Below are positions 26,062 through 35,719 of a DNA stretch of 64,000 nt, piece after piece. The number at the start of each line of letters is the position of its first letter. The first letter of the stretch is position 1. A program made the position numbers and the translations under genes. The notes under the pieces are model-generated. The model was not told the DNA's origin. It worked only from the letters and a program-made list of their open reading frames with translations, and made no database searches. Source of the DNA: Minisyncoccota bacterium (lineage in GTDB: Bacteria > Patescibacteriota > Minisyncoccia > Phycocordibacterales > UBA9973). The stretch is taken from NCBI GenBank assembly GCA_036169735.1, contig JAVHNX010000036.1, positions 13,681-77,680 on the forward strand, given 5' to 3'.

Positions 26062-27315
26062 ATGGTTGATTCAATAGTTTATTTTTCTTCGTATATTTTT
26101 TCGGTAGTTTGGCCCTTTGTTGGGTTCGCACTCCTTGCTCATTTCGCATGGCTTTTTTGGCATCACTATGTAGAACATGATTTCATTGCTGGTATTGATT
26201 GGGTTCTGCTTGAAATAGTTCCTCCAAGAGACGTATTAAGATCGCCTAAGGCAATGGAATTATTTTTCACTAACGGACTTTATTCCTTAAGTAATAAGGG
26301 ATTTCTTGAAACGTACTGGCTCGGAGCAGTTCAATTGTGGTTCTCACTTGAGATTGTTTCTATTGGAGGTCAGGTTCATTTTTATCTTCGAGCCCCATCC
26401 CGAATGAAGGGTTTAATCGAGACTCAATTGTATGCACAGTATCCTCAAGCACAAGTAAAGGTAGCAGAGGATTATACTTTAGCTGTTAATAAAATATCTC
26501 CTGAAAGTGGGTGGGATCTTTGGGGGTGCGAATTTACTTTAGTAAAACCTGATGCATACCCTATTAAAACTTATGTTGATTTTGGATTAGATAAAGACCC
26601 TAAAGAAGAATTCAAGGTTGATCCGATTTCTCCGGTTATAGAACTTTTTGGTTCAATCGAAAAGGGTGAACAAGTATGGATGCAAATAGTTATAGCGCCT
26701 TCACAAAAAAAATTCCACACTCATGGCACAAGATCAGAACACCATGGATGGGTTGAAGAATCAGAACACGTAATGAAAGAGCTTACCGAAAAATATACCA
26801 AAGGCGAAGGTGAATCTTCATTTAAATTATTGCCAAAATGGTTGGACCCTGTTTTAGAAGGTATGACTAAAAAAAGCGCCAAGGTTGGGTTCGATACAGG
26901 AATAAGAGTTTGTTATGTGGCAAAGAAAGAAAATTTTCAAAACAATACCAAGCGTAATCTTCGTTTAATTTTCCGCCAGTATGAGTCAGCATCTTTGAAT
27001 AGTTTTAAGAGAGTGAATACAACAAGTTTTAGTCATTTTTGGCAATATACTGCTACTTCTCTTTTTAGATTTAAAGACAGAATGCTTGAAGAGTACAGGG
27101 AGAGAGCTTTCTTTTACCCACCTCTTATACACCATATTCCAATTCCTTTTCCTGTTTCATTATTTTTTCCAAAATATAGTCATCCAAATATTTCGGTTCT
27201 TAACACTGAAGAGTTGGCTACTATTTTTCATTTTCCAGGTCAGATATTACAGGTTCCTACTCTTGAACGTATTGAATCAAAAGAGGCAGCTCCTCCTTCT
27301 AATCTGCCTATATAA
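26062..27315 (+). CDS. Hypothetical membrane-anchored protein (two N-terminal TM helices, large soluble domain)
   Basis: 417 aa; no motif recognized; directly upstream of mltG. Confidence 0.35.
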   Translation: MVDSIVYFSSYIFSVVWPFVGFALLAHFAWLFWHHYVEHDFIAGIDWVLLEIVPPRDVLRSPKAMELFFTNGLYSLSNKGFLETYWLGAVQLWFSLEIVSIGGQVHFYLRAPSRMKGLIETQLYAQYPQAQVKVAEDYTLAVNKISPESGWDLWGCEFTLVKPDAYPIKTYVDFGLDKDPKEEFKVDPISPVIELFGSIEKGEQVWMQIVIAPSQKKFHTHGTRSEHHGWVEESEHVMKELTEKYTKGEGESSFKLLPKWLDPVLEGMTKKSAKVGFDTGIRVCYVAKKENFQNNTKRNLRLIFRQYESASLNSFKRVNTTSFSHFWQYTATSLFRFKDRMLEEYRERAFFYPPLIHHIPIPFPVSLFFPKYSHPNISVLNTEELATIFHFPGQILQVPTLERIESKEAAPPSNLPI

Positions 27316-27318
27316 TTT

Positions 27319-28263
27319 ATGGATAATATTCCTTCTTTAGATAATTCAGCCTATAAATTAGGTAGTAATTTTAAACAAAATTCTTATTTAAAGATAGTTT
27401 TTTTTGGTTTCATTGGAATATTCGTCATAATAATATTTTTTTATTTCTTATTTTTAAGTCCACCAAGTAATTTTCCAGTTGGTCAAATAATAAACATAGA
27501 ACAAGGAACAAGCCTCAGAAGTATTTCAAAAGATTTAGAAGTAAAACACTTAATAAAATCTAGAGTTGCTTTTGAAACTTTCGTCATTATTTATGGAGGT
27601 GAAAAACATATAGTACCCGGAGATTATCTTTTTGAAAATAAGTCCCTTGTTTTTGAAGTAGCTAGAAGAGTCTCATATGGGGATCATCATTTACTTCCTG
27701 TAAAAATTACTGTACCAGAAGGATTTAATATTTCTGATATTTCAAATATCATGTCTACTAAATTATTAAATTTTAATAAAGAAAAATTTTTATTAGAAGC
27801 ACAAAAAAAAGAAGGGTATCTTTTTCCTGATACATATTTTTTCTTTACTACTGCAAATGAAGAAGATGTTTTGAGTGCTATGAGTGACAATTTTACAAGA
27901 AAAATAAAGCCTATCCAAGAAGAGATTAATTTATCTGGTAAAAGTGAAAAAGAAATTATTACCATGGCATCAGTCATTGAACGTGAGGCAAAAGGAGATG
28001 CTGACAGAGGTATTATTTCAGGTATTTTATGGAATAGGTTAAATAAAGGTATGTTGCTTCAAGTCGATGCTTCACCTGAGACTTATAAAATAAAAGGACT
28101 ACCAATTAATCCGATTTCTAATCCAGGAATCGAAGCTATTAAGGCTGCACTTGAACCAGAAAATTCACCTTACCTTTTTTACTTACATGATAAAAATGGC
28201 GTGATTCATTATGCAGTTACCTTTACGGAACATAAGAAGAATATTACAAAGTACTTGAAATAA
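27319..28263 (+). CDS. mltG: Endolytic murein transglycosylase MltG (YceG-like)
   Basis: N-terminal TM, YceG-like core including GLPINPISNPGIEAIKAALEP..YLFYLHDKNGVIHYAVTFTEHKKNI. Confidence 0.7.
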   Translation: MDNIPSLDNSAYKLGSNFKQNSYLKIVFFGFIGIFVIIIFFYFLFLSPPSNFPVGQIINIEQGTSLRSISKDLEVKHLIKSRVAFETFVIIYGGEKHIVPGDYLFENKSLVFEVARRVSYGDHHLLPVKITVPEGFNISDISNIMSTKLLNFNKEKFLLEAQKKEGYLFPDTYFFFTTANEEDVLSAMSDNFTRKIKPIQEEINLSGKSEKEIITMASVIEREAKGDADRGIISGILWNRLNKGMLLQVDASPETYKIKGLPINPISNPGIEAIKAALEPENSPYLFYLHDKNGVIHYAVTFTEHKKNITKYLK

Positions 28264-28267
28264 ATAT

Positions 28268-28798
28268 ATGAAAAAACATAACCTAGCATTTATCGATATA
28301 GAGACAACCGGTCTCAACTTGATGCAACATGAGATTATTGAGATTGGTTGTATTGTTGTGAGCCCAACTTTTGAAATCTTGGAAGAGTTTGAGTTAAAAA
28401 TAAAACCAATACACATTGAGACGGCTGATCCTGTGTCTCTGAAAATAGTTCATTACGATGAAGAAAAATGGGAAGACGCCATCACTTTAAAAGAAGCAAT
28501 AAAAATACTCGCTGATAAAACAGAAGATTCAACAATGATAGGACATAATATTTCTTTTGATGCTGCATTTTTAGATAAAGCTTTTTTTGAAACGAAAACA
28601 AAAAAGAAATTTTTTCATTTTCATTTACTCGACACCATCTCAATTGCTTATGCCAAATTACATGACCGTGAAGATATTGAGAAGTTATCACTACATGAAT
28701 TGTGTGCATATTTCGATATAAAAAATGAACATGAACATTCTGCGCTATCAGATATACGCGCAACCCTCGAGCTTTACAAAAAGCTGATGAGCCTATAA
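28268..28798 (+). CDS. DEDDh 3'-5' exonuclease (DnaQ / Pol III epsilon-like)
   Basis: Exo I FIDIETTGL, Exo II IGHNISFDAAFL, Exo III HSALSDIRAT. Confidence 0.7.
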   Translation: MKKHNLAFIDIETTGLNLMQHEIIEIGCIVVSPTFEILEEFELKIKPIHIETADPVSLKIVHYDEEKWEDAITLKEAIKILADKTEDSTMIGHNISFDAAFLDKAFFETKTKKKFFHFHLLDTISIAYAKLHDREDIEKLSLHELCAYFDIKNEHEHSALSDIRATLELYKKLMSL

Positions 28799-28822
28799 AA
28801 TCAAAATACCTTATTAAAAACA

Positions 28823-28877
28823 TTGCGCAGGCCGACCGGGCCGAGCATAGCAAATTTTCAGTAGAAAATTATGTGTG
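28823..28877 (+). repeat. Conserved ~55-nt element (copy 2) in mnmA 5' leader
   Basis: TTGCGCAGGCCGACCGGGCCGAGCATAGCAAATTTTCAGTAGAAAATTATGTGTG is about 85 percent identical to the minus-strand sequence at 4435-4488. Confidence 0.5.
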
Positions 28878-28901
28878 TTTTTTAGAAGGTATTTTGATTT
28901 T

Positions 28902-30023
28902 ATGCCACTAAAAAATAAAACTATATTTGTGGGAATGTCAGGCGGGGTGGATTCCTCTGTTTCCGCTGCTATTTTAAAAGACCAGGGGCATAATGTTGTT
29001 GGGGTTTTTATTCGTACCTGGCACCCTGATTTTTTGGTTTGTAATGAAGAAGATGAGCGCCGCGACGCTATGCGCGTCGCGGCGCATTTGGATATTCCAT
29101 TTTTAACTTTTGACCTTTCAGATGTTTACAAAAAAGAAGTCGCAGACTATATGATTGCTGAGTATAAAATGGGCCGTACTCCAAACCCAGATGTGATGTG
29201 CAACAAAGAAGTGAAGTTTGGTGCTTTCTTGAAAAAGGCTCTTGAAATGGGTGCAGATTATGTTGCGACAGGGCATTATGCGCAAGTTTTAGAAAAAAAA
29301 TTAGTTAAAGGTGTTGATTCTTCAAAAGATCAATGTTATTTCTTGTGGACTTTAAAACAAGAACAACTAAAACATATTTTATTTCCCGTAGGGCATTTAA
29401 ATAAAACAGCGGTAAGAAAATTGGCAAAGAAATATAAATTGCCTGTCGCAGAAAAGAAAGACAGTCAAGGGATTTGTTTCCTAGGTGATATTGATTTGAA
29501 AGATTTTTTGAAACATTATATTAAAGAAAAAAAGGGAAAAGTAATAAATGAAAAAGGAGAAGAAATCGGATATCACGATGGTGCTGTTTTTTTGACTCTG
29601 GGAGAACGTCACGGTTTTACTATTACGAAAAAAGGCCCAAATGATGGGGCTTATTATGTTGTTAGTAAAGATGTAAAGAAAAATATCATAATTGTGTCAC
29701 AGATTTCCCCCCTCCTTAATAAGGAGGGGGTTGGGGGTGGTAATTCAAAGAATCACCACCCCGCTCTAAAGAGCACCCTTCCTCAAAAAGGAGGGGAAAA
29801 AATTAGAATTAGTGACATTAATTGGATCTCAAGTACTCCAGATGAAAATAAAGAATACACAGCTCAAGTACGTTATCATGGAGAATTTTTACCTTGCCAA
29901 GTAATTTGTGGAAGTCCGACTTCCGCAAAAGTAATTTTTGAAAAACCTGTACTCGTTGCTCCTGGACAATCAATTGTTTTCTATGATAAAGATATTTGCT
30001 TTGGTGGTGGGGTAGTAGCCTAA
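28902..30023 (+). CDS. mnmA: tRNA-specific 2-thiouridylase MnmA, with an in-frame GC-rich palindromic insertion
   Basis: Start trimmed to MPLKNKTIFVGMSGGVDSSV (PP-loop SGGVDSS). Catalytic Cys region present. Insertion peptide LLNKEGVGGGNSKNHHPALKSTLPQKGGEK comes from palindromes at 29707-29796. Confidence 0.8.
   Translation: MPLKNKTIFVGMSGGVDSSVSAAILKDQGHNVVGVFIRTWHPDFLVCNEEDERRDAMRVAAHLDIPFLTFDLSDVYKKEVADYMIAEYKMGRTPNPDVMCNKEVKFGAFLKKALEMGADYVATGHYAQVLEKKLVKGVDSSKDQCYFLWTLKQEQLKHILFPVGHLNKTAVRKLAKKYKLPVAEKKDSQGICFLGDIDLKDFLKHYIKEKKGKVINEKGEEIGYHDGAVFLTLGERHGFTITKKGPNDGAYYVVSKDVKKNIIIVSQISPLLNKEGVGGGNSKNHHPALKSTLPQKGGEKIRISDINWISSTPDENKEYTAQVRYHGEFLPCQVICGSPTSAKVIFEKPVLVAPGQSIVFYDKDICFGGGVVA
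29707..29796. repeat. Cluster of GC-rich palindromes inserted in-frame in mnmA
   Basis: cccccctccttaat-aaggaggggg, then gggggtggtaattc-aaa-gaatcaccacccc, then cccttcctc-aaaaa-ggagggg. The first resembles the priA insert ccctccccttggcaaggggaggg. Confidence 0.65.
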
Positions 30024-30050
30024 ATTTTTTATTTTGCTTTCATTTTTTGC

Positions 30051-30545
30051 TTGAAGTATAATAGCTACATGTCTCAATTTTTTATAGAAAATGGTGATTT
30101 TATTTTAAGGATAATTTTAGCAGTAGTGCTTGGTATGATGATTGGTGCTGAACGTCTTTTTGTTCACAAAGAAGCTGGAATGAAGACACATGCGTTGGTT
30201 TCCATGGGAGCAGCACTTTTTATGTTGGTTTCTGAATCTATGGTTGAAAAATACGCTGGTCTTAATGGCTTGAACCCGACTATGATACCTGCACAGATTG
30301 TGACGGGTATAGGATTCTTGGGTGCTGGTTCAATAATTCTACAAGGAACTAGACTTAAGGGTCTTACTACTGCTGGAGGACTTTGGGTCACAGCAGGTAT
30401 TGGTATGGCTGCTGGGATGGGTTTGTTTAGTCTTGCAACTATCTCAACTATCTTGGTTCTTTTTATTTTTATCGCAATGAATATTCTTGAAGAACCTATT
30501 AGAAAAATGGCAGGTGCTGATGATACAGATAAACCGGCTAATTAA
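30051..30545 (+). CDS. mgtC: MgtC/SapB-family membrane protein
   Basis: ILAVVLGMMIGAERLFVHKEAGMKTHALVSMGAALFM...GIGFLGAGSI...GLTTAGGLWVTAGIGMAAGMG matches the MgtC N-terminal domain. Confidence 0.6.
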   Translation: MKYNSYMSQFFIENGDFILRIILAVVLGMMIGAERLFVHKEAGMKTHALVSMGAALFMLVSESMVEKYAGLNGLNPTMIPAQIVTGIGFLGAGSIILQGTRLKGLTTAGGLWVTAGIGMAAGMGLFSLATISTILVLFIFIAMNILEEPIRKMAGADDTDKPAN

Positions 30546-30557
30546 AATATAAAATTT

Positions 30558-32303
30558 ATGCAATCAAACGAAATCAGATCCAGGTTTTTGAAATTTTTTG
30601 AAAACCGTGGACACAAAATAATACCTTCAGCTTCACTCGTACCAGAGAATGATCCTTCTGTTCTTTTTAATACTGCCGGCATGCAGCCTCTTGTTCCTTA
30701 TCTCATGGGACAGAAACATCCAAGTGGTACAAGGTTGGTAAATGTTCAGAAATGTATCAGAACTCAAGACATCGATGAAGTTGGAGATAATACTCATGAT
30801 ACATTTTTTGAAATGATGGGTAATTGGTCTCTCGGTGATTATTTTAAGGATGACACTATCAAGTGGAGTTATGAATTTTTAACTTCTAAGGAAGAAGGAT
30901 TAGGTCTCGACCCAAAAAGATTATACGTGACAGTCTTTGAAGGAGACGAAAATTCACCAAAAGATACAGAAGCATTTGAAATTTGGAAAAAATATATTCC
31001 TGAGAACCGTATTTACTTTATGAGCGTGAAATCGAACTGGTGGAGTGTGGGAGAAAATGGTCCATGTGGTCCTGATACTGAAATGTTTTATGATATTACC
31101 ACTGAAGGTCTCGGCTATTTAACTAAAGAAGAATACATGAAAGCTGACGAATCTCAGAAGGTTGTCGAGATCTGGAATGATGTATTTATGCAGTATGAAA
31201 AGAAAGACGGAAAGGTAATCGGCAAACTTTCTCAACAAAATGTCGACACAGGTTCTGGGCTTGAAAGAATAGTGATGGCTGCACAGGGTAAAAATAATAT
31301 TTTTGATACAGATTTATTTAGTTCTATAATGAGCAAAATAGAAGAGCTGACCGCAAGTGTAGATATCCGTGCGAAACGTATTGTTGCTGATCATGTTCGT
31401 ACTAGTGTATTTATTTTAGCCAACGGTGTTGTTCCAGATAATTCAGGACGTGGATATATCCTCCGACGGTTGTTGCGTCGCGCAGTGAGGTTTGCTGACA
31501 ACTTAAATTTGAAACATGGTTCGTTGTCTTGGTTTGCGGAGTCAGTCGTCGAGAAATATAAAGATGTGTATTCTGAACTCGAGATAAATAGTGAAGATAT
31601 CAAGAGAGAGATTAATGCTGAAGAAAATAAATTCCGTCAGACTCTAGAACATGGATTAAAAGAATTTGAAAAAGGAGTGGATCCGTTTATTCTAGCTACT
31701 ACCTACGGTTTCCCTGTAGAGCTTACTGTCGAACTTGCAAAAGAAAAAGGACAGACAGTAGACCTTGAAGATTTTCATAATAAAATGACAGAACACCAAA
31801 AGCTTTCTCAGACAGCCTCAGCTGGTATGTTCAAGGGTGGCTTAGCGAATCATAACGAAAAGACTATTAGACTTCATACAGCACACCATATGCTCCTAGC
31901 AGCAATGCAGGAGGTTGTTAATCCAGATATCAAGCAAAGAGGTAGTAATATTACCGAAGAACGCCTTCGTATTGATTTTCTGTGTGACCACAAGCTAACT
32001 GACGAAGAAAAAAAGAAAGTTGAAGATTTGGTAAATGAAAAAATAAAAATGGGATTAAATGTCGTTCGTCGTGAGATGCCGTTTATTGAAGCGGAAAAAA
32101 TTGGTGCCCAGATGGAATTCGGTGCGAAGTATCCAGAAGTTGTGAGTGTGTATTTTATTGAAGACCAAGAGGGAAGTCAGTTCTCAAAAGAATTCTGTGG
32201 TGGTCCACATGTTGCAAATACTTCAGAACTAGGTCATTTCAAAATTCTAAAAGAAGAAGCTGTTGCCGCAGGTATTCGTAGAATCAAAGCAGTACTAGAA
32301 TAA
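30558..32303 (+). CDS. alaS: Alanine--tRNA ligase, short form (581 aa; lacks C-terminal C-Ala domain)
   Basis: Catalytic core FLKFFENRGH..SASLVP..DPSVLFNTAGMQP...WSLGDYFK. Editing-domain HxxxH (HTAHHMLLAAM) and CGGPHVANTSELG Zn motif are present. Confidence 0.8.
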   Translation: MQSNEIRSRFLKFFENRGHKIIPSASLVPENDPSVLFNTAGMQPLVPYLMGQKHPSGTRLVNVQKCIRTQDIDEVGDNTHDTFFEMMGNWSLGDYFKDDTIKWSYEFLTSKEEGLGLDPKRLYVTVFEGDENSPKDTEAFEIWKKYIPENRIYFMSVKSNWWSVGENGPCGPDTEMFYDITTEGLGYLTKEEYMKADESQKVVEIWNDVFMQYEKKDGKVIGKLSQQNVDTGSGLERIVMAAQGKNNIFDTDLFSSIMSKIEELTASVDIRAKRIVADHVRTSVFILANGVVPDNSGRGYILRRLLRRAVRFADNLNLKHGSLSWFAESVVEKYKDVYSELEINSEDIKREINAEENKFRQTLEHGLKEFEKGVDPFILATTYGFPVELTVELAKEKGQTVDLEDFHNKMTEHQKLSQTASAGMFKGGLANHNEKTIRLHTAHHMLLAAMQEVVNPDIKQRGSNITEERLRIDFLCDHKLTDEEKKKVEDLVNEKIKMGLNVVRREMPFIEAEKIGAQMEFGAKYPEVVSVYFIEDQEGSQFSKEFCGGPHVANTSELGHFKILKEEAVAAGIRRIKAVLE

Positions 32304-32328
32304 TTTTTGTTTGTGGTACAATTATCTC

Positions 32329-33498
32329 ATGAATATTTTTTCTAAACCAAAAGAAAAAAAGGAATTAACTCTTGTTTTTGATATTGGCTCGACATCTGTC
32401 GGTGCAGCACTTTTCTTTTTACAAAAATCCGGTGTTCCTAAAATAATTTGTTCTATTCGTGAACCTATTATCCTTGAAAAAGAAGTTGATTTTGATCGAT
32501 TACTTTCTTTGACTGCAAAATCTCTTGAAATTGTTGCCAATAAAATTCTTTTAAAGAAACTTGGTGCACCAAAGGATATTTTTTGTATCCTTTCGTCTCC
32601 TTGGTACACTTCTCAGACAAGAACCATAAACCTAGAAAAAAATACTCCTTTTACCTTCACTGCGAAACTAGCTGATAGTTTAACTCAAAAAGAATTATCT
32701 CTATTTAAAGAGGAACATTCAATCCAGCACTCAAATTCAGGAGTTCAATTAATCGAACTTAAAAATATGAAAACTAAACTAAATGGTTATACAACATCTA
32801 GCCCTTTGGGTAAGAAATCCAAAGAGCTCGAGATGACTATTTTTATTTCAATGAGCTCTGATGTTGTATTGGAAAAGTTTAAACACGCTGTCGGTAGATG
32901 TTTTTATCCAAGCAGTATCAAGTTCTCATCATTAGCGATGGCATCATTTGTTGTCACTCGAGATATGTTCATAAATCAGAAAGATTTTTTATTAGTTGAT
33001 ATTGGCGGGGAAGTCACAGACATATCTCTAATAAAAAATGACATATTATGTGAATCAATTTCTTTCCCACTAGGTAAAAATTTTATAATAAGAAAAGCTG
33101 CATCTGTTTTAAAAACCTCGTTACATGAAGCAAAGTCTCTTGTTTCCCTTTGTAAGGATGGCCACGCCAATGAACAGACTGAAAAGATACTCAAGCCTGT
33201 TGTTGATGAATTAAAATTAGAATGGCTTAAAAATTTTCAGATATCTCTAGGTAGCCTTTCAAATAATATTTCTATTCCATCGTCTATTTTTGTGATGGCA
33301 GACCAAGATTTAGCAGATTTTTTCTCAGGAACTATTAAAATGGAACAATTTAATCAGTATACTTTAACTGAGTCAAAATTTAATGTTGTCTTGCTCAATA
33401 CAAAAACTCTTCATGGTTTTGTCATTTTAGAAAAAAATATAATTCGTGATCCTTCTCTTATCATTGAATCTATTTACATTAGTAGTTTTCTTCGCTAA
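32329..33498 (+). CDS. Actin-like ATPase of the FtsA/PilM family
   Basis: LTLVFDIGSTSVGAALF (phosphate-1-like) and DIGGEVTDISLI (phosphate-2/adenosine-like) motifs of the ASKHA fold; about 390 aa; C-terminal hydrophobic/amphipathic tail. Confidence 0.4.
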   Translation: MNIFSKPKEKKELTLVFDIGSTSVGAALFFLQKSGVPKIICSIREPIILEKEVDFDRLLSLTAKSLEIVANKILLKKLGAPKDIFCILSSPWYTSQTRTINLEKNTPFTFTAKLADSLTQKELSLFKEEHSIQHSNSGVQLIELKNMKTKLNGYTTSSPLGKKSKELEMTIFISMSSDVVLEKFKHAVGRCFYPSSIKFSSLAMASFVVTRDMFINQKDFLLVDIGGEVTDISLIKNDILCESISFPLGKNFIIRKAASVLKTSLHEAKSLVSLCKDGHANEQTEKILKPVVDELKLEWLKNFQISLGSLSNNISIPSSIFVMADQDLADFFSGTIKMEQFNQYTLTESKFNVVLLNTKTLHGFVILEKNIIRDPSLIIESIYISSFLR

Positions 33499-33507
33499 AA
33501 TATAAGT

Positions 33508-34782
33508 ATGCCTAAAAAGTCTTTTCAAGATATTGTAAAAATAAAACATATAAATAGAGATGTACTTACAGAAAGAAAAATAGAAAAGAAAGAAAAAATA
33601 GAAAAATCTGAACACAAAGAATCTCATTTTAATTATCATGTAGAGGAAAGTAATAATTCCAGATATGCACTTTGGTTTGTTGCATTAGTCTCCGTTATTT
33701 TTCTTCTTTTTGCTTTTTCTTTTTTATTCTCTAGAGCAAAAGTTACAGTTAATCCAAAAGTAAAAGATTTGGAACTAAATGAGACTTTGTCTGCCACCAA
33801 GGATTCAAGCGTTAATGGTTTATCTTTTCAGTTAATCTCAATTTCTGACAAAGAAACTAAAATAGTACCAGGTGGAGAAGAAAAAGATGTTTCTGTAAAA
33901 GCTAAAGGAGTTGTTACTATTTTTAATACTTTTAGTTCTGCTCCACAGTCTCTCAGTATCGATACACGGCTTGAAGGGTCAAACGGTAAGATGTACACAA
34001 CAGATGCCAAGATTGTCGTGCCAGGAATGGCTAAAGACGGCACTCCAGGGCGTGTAGAAGTAAATATCTCTGGAAAAGAAGCTGGGAGTGAGTATAATAG
34101 TGCTCCACTTGATTTTAAGATTTTTGGTTTTAAGGGAACTTCTAAATATTCAAAAATCTATGCTAGATCAAAGTCACCAATAACTGGTGGACTCAAAGGT
34201 AAATTTGGTCAGATTTCTGACACTGAAAAAGAAACTATAGTAAATGATTTAAAGACTATTTTGCAAACAAAATTGTTTAAAAAAGCCACTGAACAAATTC
34301 CAAGTGAATATATTTTATTTAAAGATGCAGTCTTTTTTAAGACCGAAGATCCGACAGTTGATTTTATTCCTGCGGGTGGCCAAGTTTCAATTGGTATAAA
34401 AGGAACATTGTATGGTTTTTTCTTTAATGAAAAAGATTTGACCAAAAAAATTGCTACATCAAATATTGAAGATTATGATGGCAGTGATGTTTACGTTTCA
34501 AAAATTAAAGATTTATTATTCTCTCTTACTAATAAGGAAACTATTTCATTTAGTGATGTAAAAAATATCAATTTTACACTAAAGGGTGATACAAAAATAG
34601 TATGGAGAGTAGAAAATGACAAGCTAGTTAATGATCTTTTAAATACTAAGAAGAAAGATTTTAATAGTATTTTTTCTAAATATTCTAATATCAATTCAGC
34701 TGATTTAGTTTTACGCCCAGCATGGAAGAGTTCCTTACCTGATAAAAAACAAAAAATAGATATTATAGTGAATTACCCATAA
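33508..34782 (+). CDS. Single-pass membrane protein with large beta-rich ectodomain (unknown function)
   Basis: Basic N-terminus, TM YALWFVALVSVIFLLFAFSFLF, 350-aa extracytoplasmic region; no motif recognized. Confidence 0.3.
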   Translation: MPKKSFQDIVKIKHINRDVLTERKIEKKEKIEKSEHKESHFNYHVEESNNSRYALWFVALVSVIFLLFAFSFLFSRAKVTVNPKVKDLELNETLSATKDSSVNGLSFQLISISDKETKIVPGGEEKDVSVKAKGVVTIFNTFSSAPQSLSIDTRLEGSNGKMYTTDAKIVVPGMAKDGTPGRVEVNISGKEAGSEYNSAPLDFKIFGFKGTSKYSKIYARSKSPITGGLKGKFGQISDTEKETIVNDLKTILQTKLFKKATEQIPSEYILFKDAVFFKTEDPTVDFIPAGGQVSIGIKGTLYGFFFNEKDLTKKIATSNIEDYDGSDVYVSKIKDLLFSLTNKETISFSDVKNINFTLKGDTKIVWRVENDKLVNDLLNTKKKDFNSIFSKYSNINSADLVLRPAWKSSLPDKKQKIDIIVNYP

Positions 34783-34883
34783 TAAATATTTGTTCATAAA
34801 TTTACGTTGAGTATTATATGTTGTTATTAACATAATATATTTTGACTTTATTATATAATTTTGTTAAAATAACCAAACATCAA

Positions 34884-35105
34884 ATGAGCGATCAAAGAAA
34901 CGAAAAAATTTTGACAGCTAGAGGAGTTGTCACTGAGGCATTGCCTAGTACTTTATTTCGAGTGATAATGGGTGATCAAAAGGAAATACTTGCTTACTTA
35001 TCTGGAAAGATGCGTATGCACCGTATTAAAATTTTGATAGGAGATCAAGTAGAAGTTGTACTTGACCCGTACGGTGGAAAGGGTAGAATCGTTAAAAGGT
35101 TGTAA
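34884..35105 (+). CDS. infA: Translation initiation factor IF-1
   Basis: S1-like OB fold ...ARGVVTEALPSTLFRVIMGDQKEILAYLSGKMRMHRIKILIGDQVEVVLDPYGGKGRIV. Start trimmed to MSDQ. Confidence 0.85.
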   Translation: MSDQRNEKILTARGVVTEALPSTLFRVIMGDQKEILAYLSGKMRMHRIKILIGDQVEVVLDPYGGKGRIVKRL

Positions 35106-35208
35106 TTTATTTAGAATAGTGTATTATAGTAATTACGGTTTTAGAAGACGATAAGTGTTATTAAAAATAAGGGTTTTCCCCTTGTTTTATCTTAATTTAA
35201 AAATTTAT

Positions 35209-35319
35209 ATGAAAATCAGAGCATCAGTAAAAAAAATTTGTGATAATTGCAAAATGGTCAAGCGCCAGAGGCATTTAAGAGTTATTTGCGTTAATCCTAA
35301 ACATAAACAAAAACAATAA
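35209..35319 (+). CDS. rpmJ: Ribosomal protein L36
   Basis: [36 protein letters not shown] (C-x2-C...C zinc ribbon). Not in the ORF track because of length. Confidence 0.85.
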   Translation: MKIRASVKKICDNCKMVKRQRHLRVICVNPKHKQKQ

Positions 35320-35324
35320 AATTT

Positions 35325-35705
35325 ATGAGAATACTCGGAATTACAATACCAAATGAAAAGAGACTTGAAATCGGCTTAACCGTTCTTTTTGGAATCGGTA
35401 TCCCAGCTGCCCGTAAGATATTAGACCAAGTTGGTCTTGATCATGGAAAAAAAGCTAAAGACTTAACACCTGATGAAGAAAATAAAATTCGTGCAATCAT
35501 TGAAGTAATGACTATCGAAGGAAATCTAAAGCGTGAAATCTCTGGAAATATCAAAAGACTAAAAGACATCAAAACACACAAAGGTGTCAGACACATGAAG
35601 AGATTACCTGTCAGAGGACAACGTACAAAGACCAATTCTAGAACTGTCCGAGGTAATGTACGAAAGACTATGGCATCTGGAAAGAGAAAAGAGAGTAAGA
35701 CATAA
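35325..35705 (+). CDS. rpsM: Ribosomal protein S13
   Basis: MRILGITIPNEKRLEIGLTVLFGIG...; basic C-terminal tail. Confidence 0.9.
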   Translation: MRILGITIPNEKRLEIGLTVLFGIGIPAARKILDQVGLDHGKKAKDLTPDEENKIRAIIEVMTIEGNLKREISGNIKRLKDIKTHKGVRHMKRLPVRGQRTKTNSRTVRGNVRKTMASGKRKESKT

Positions 35706-35719
35706 AATAATTAATTAAA

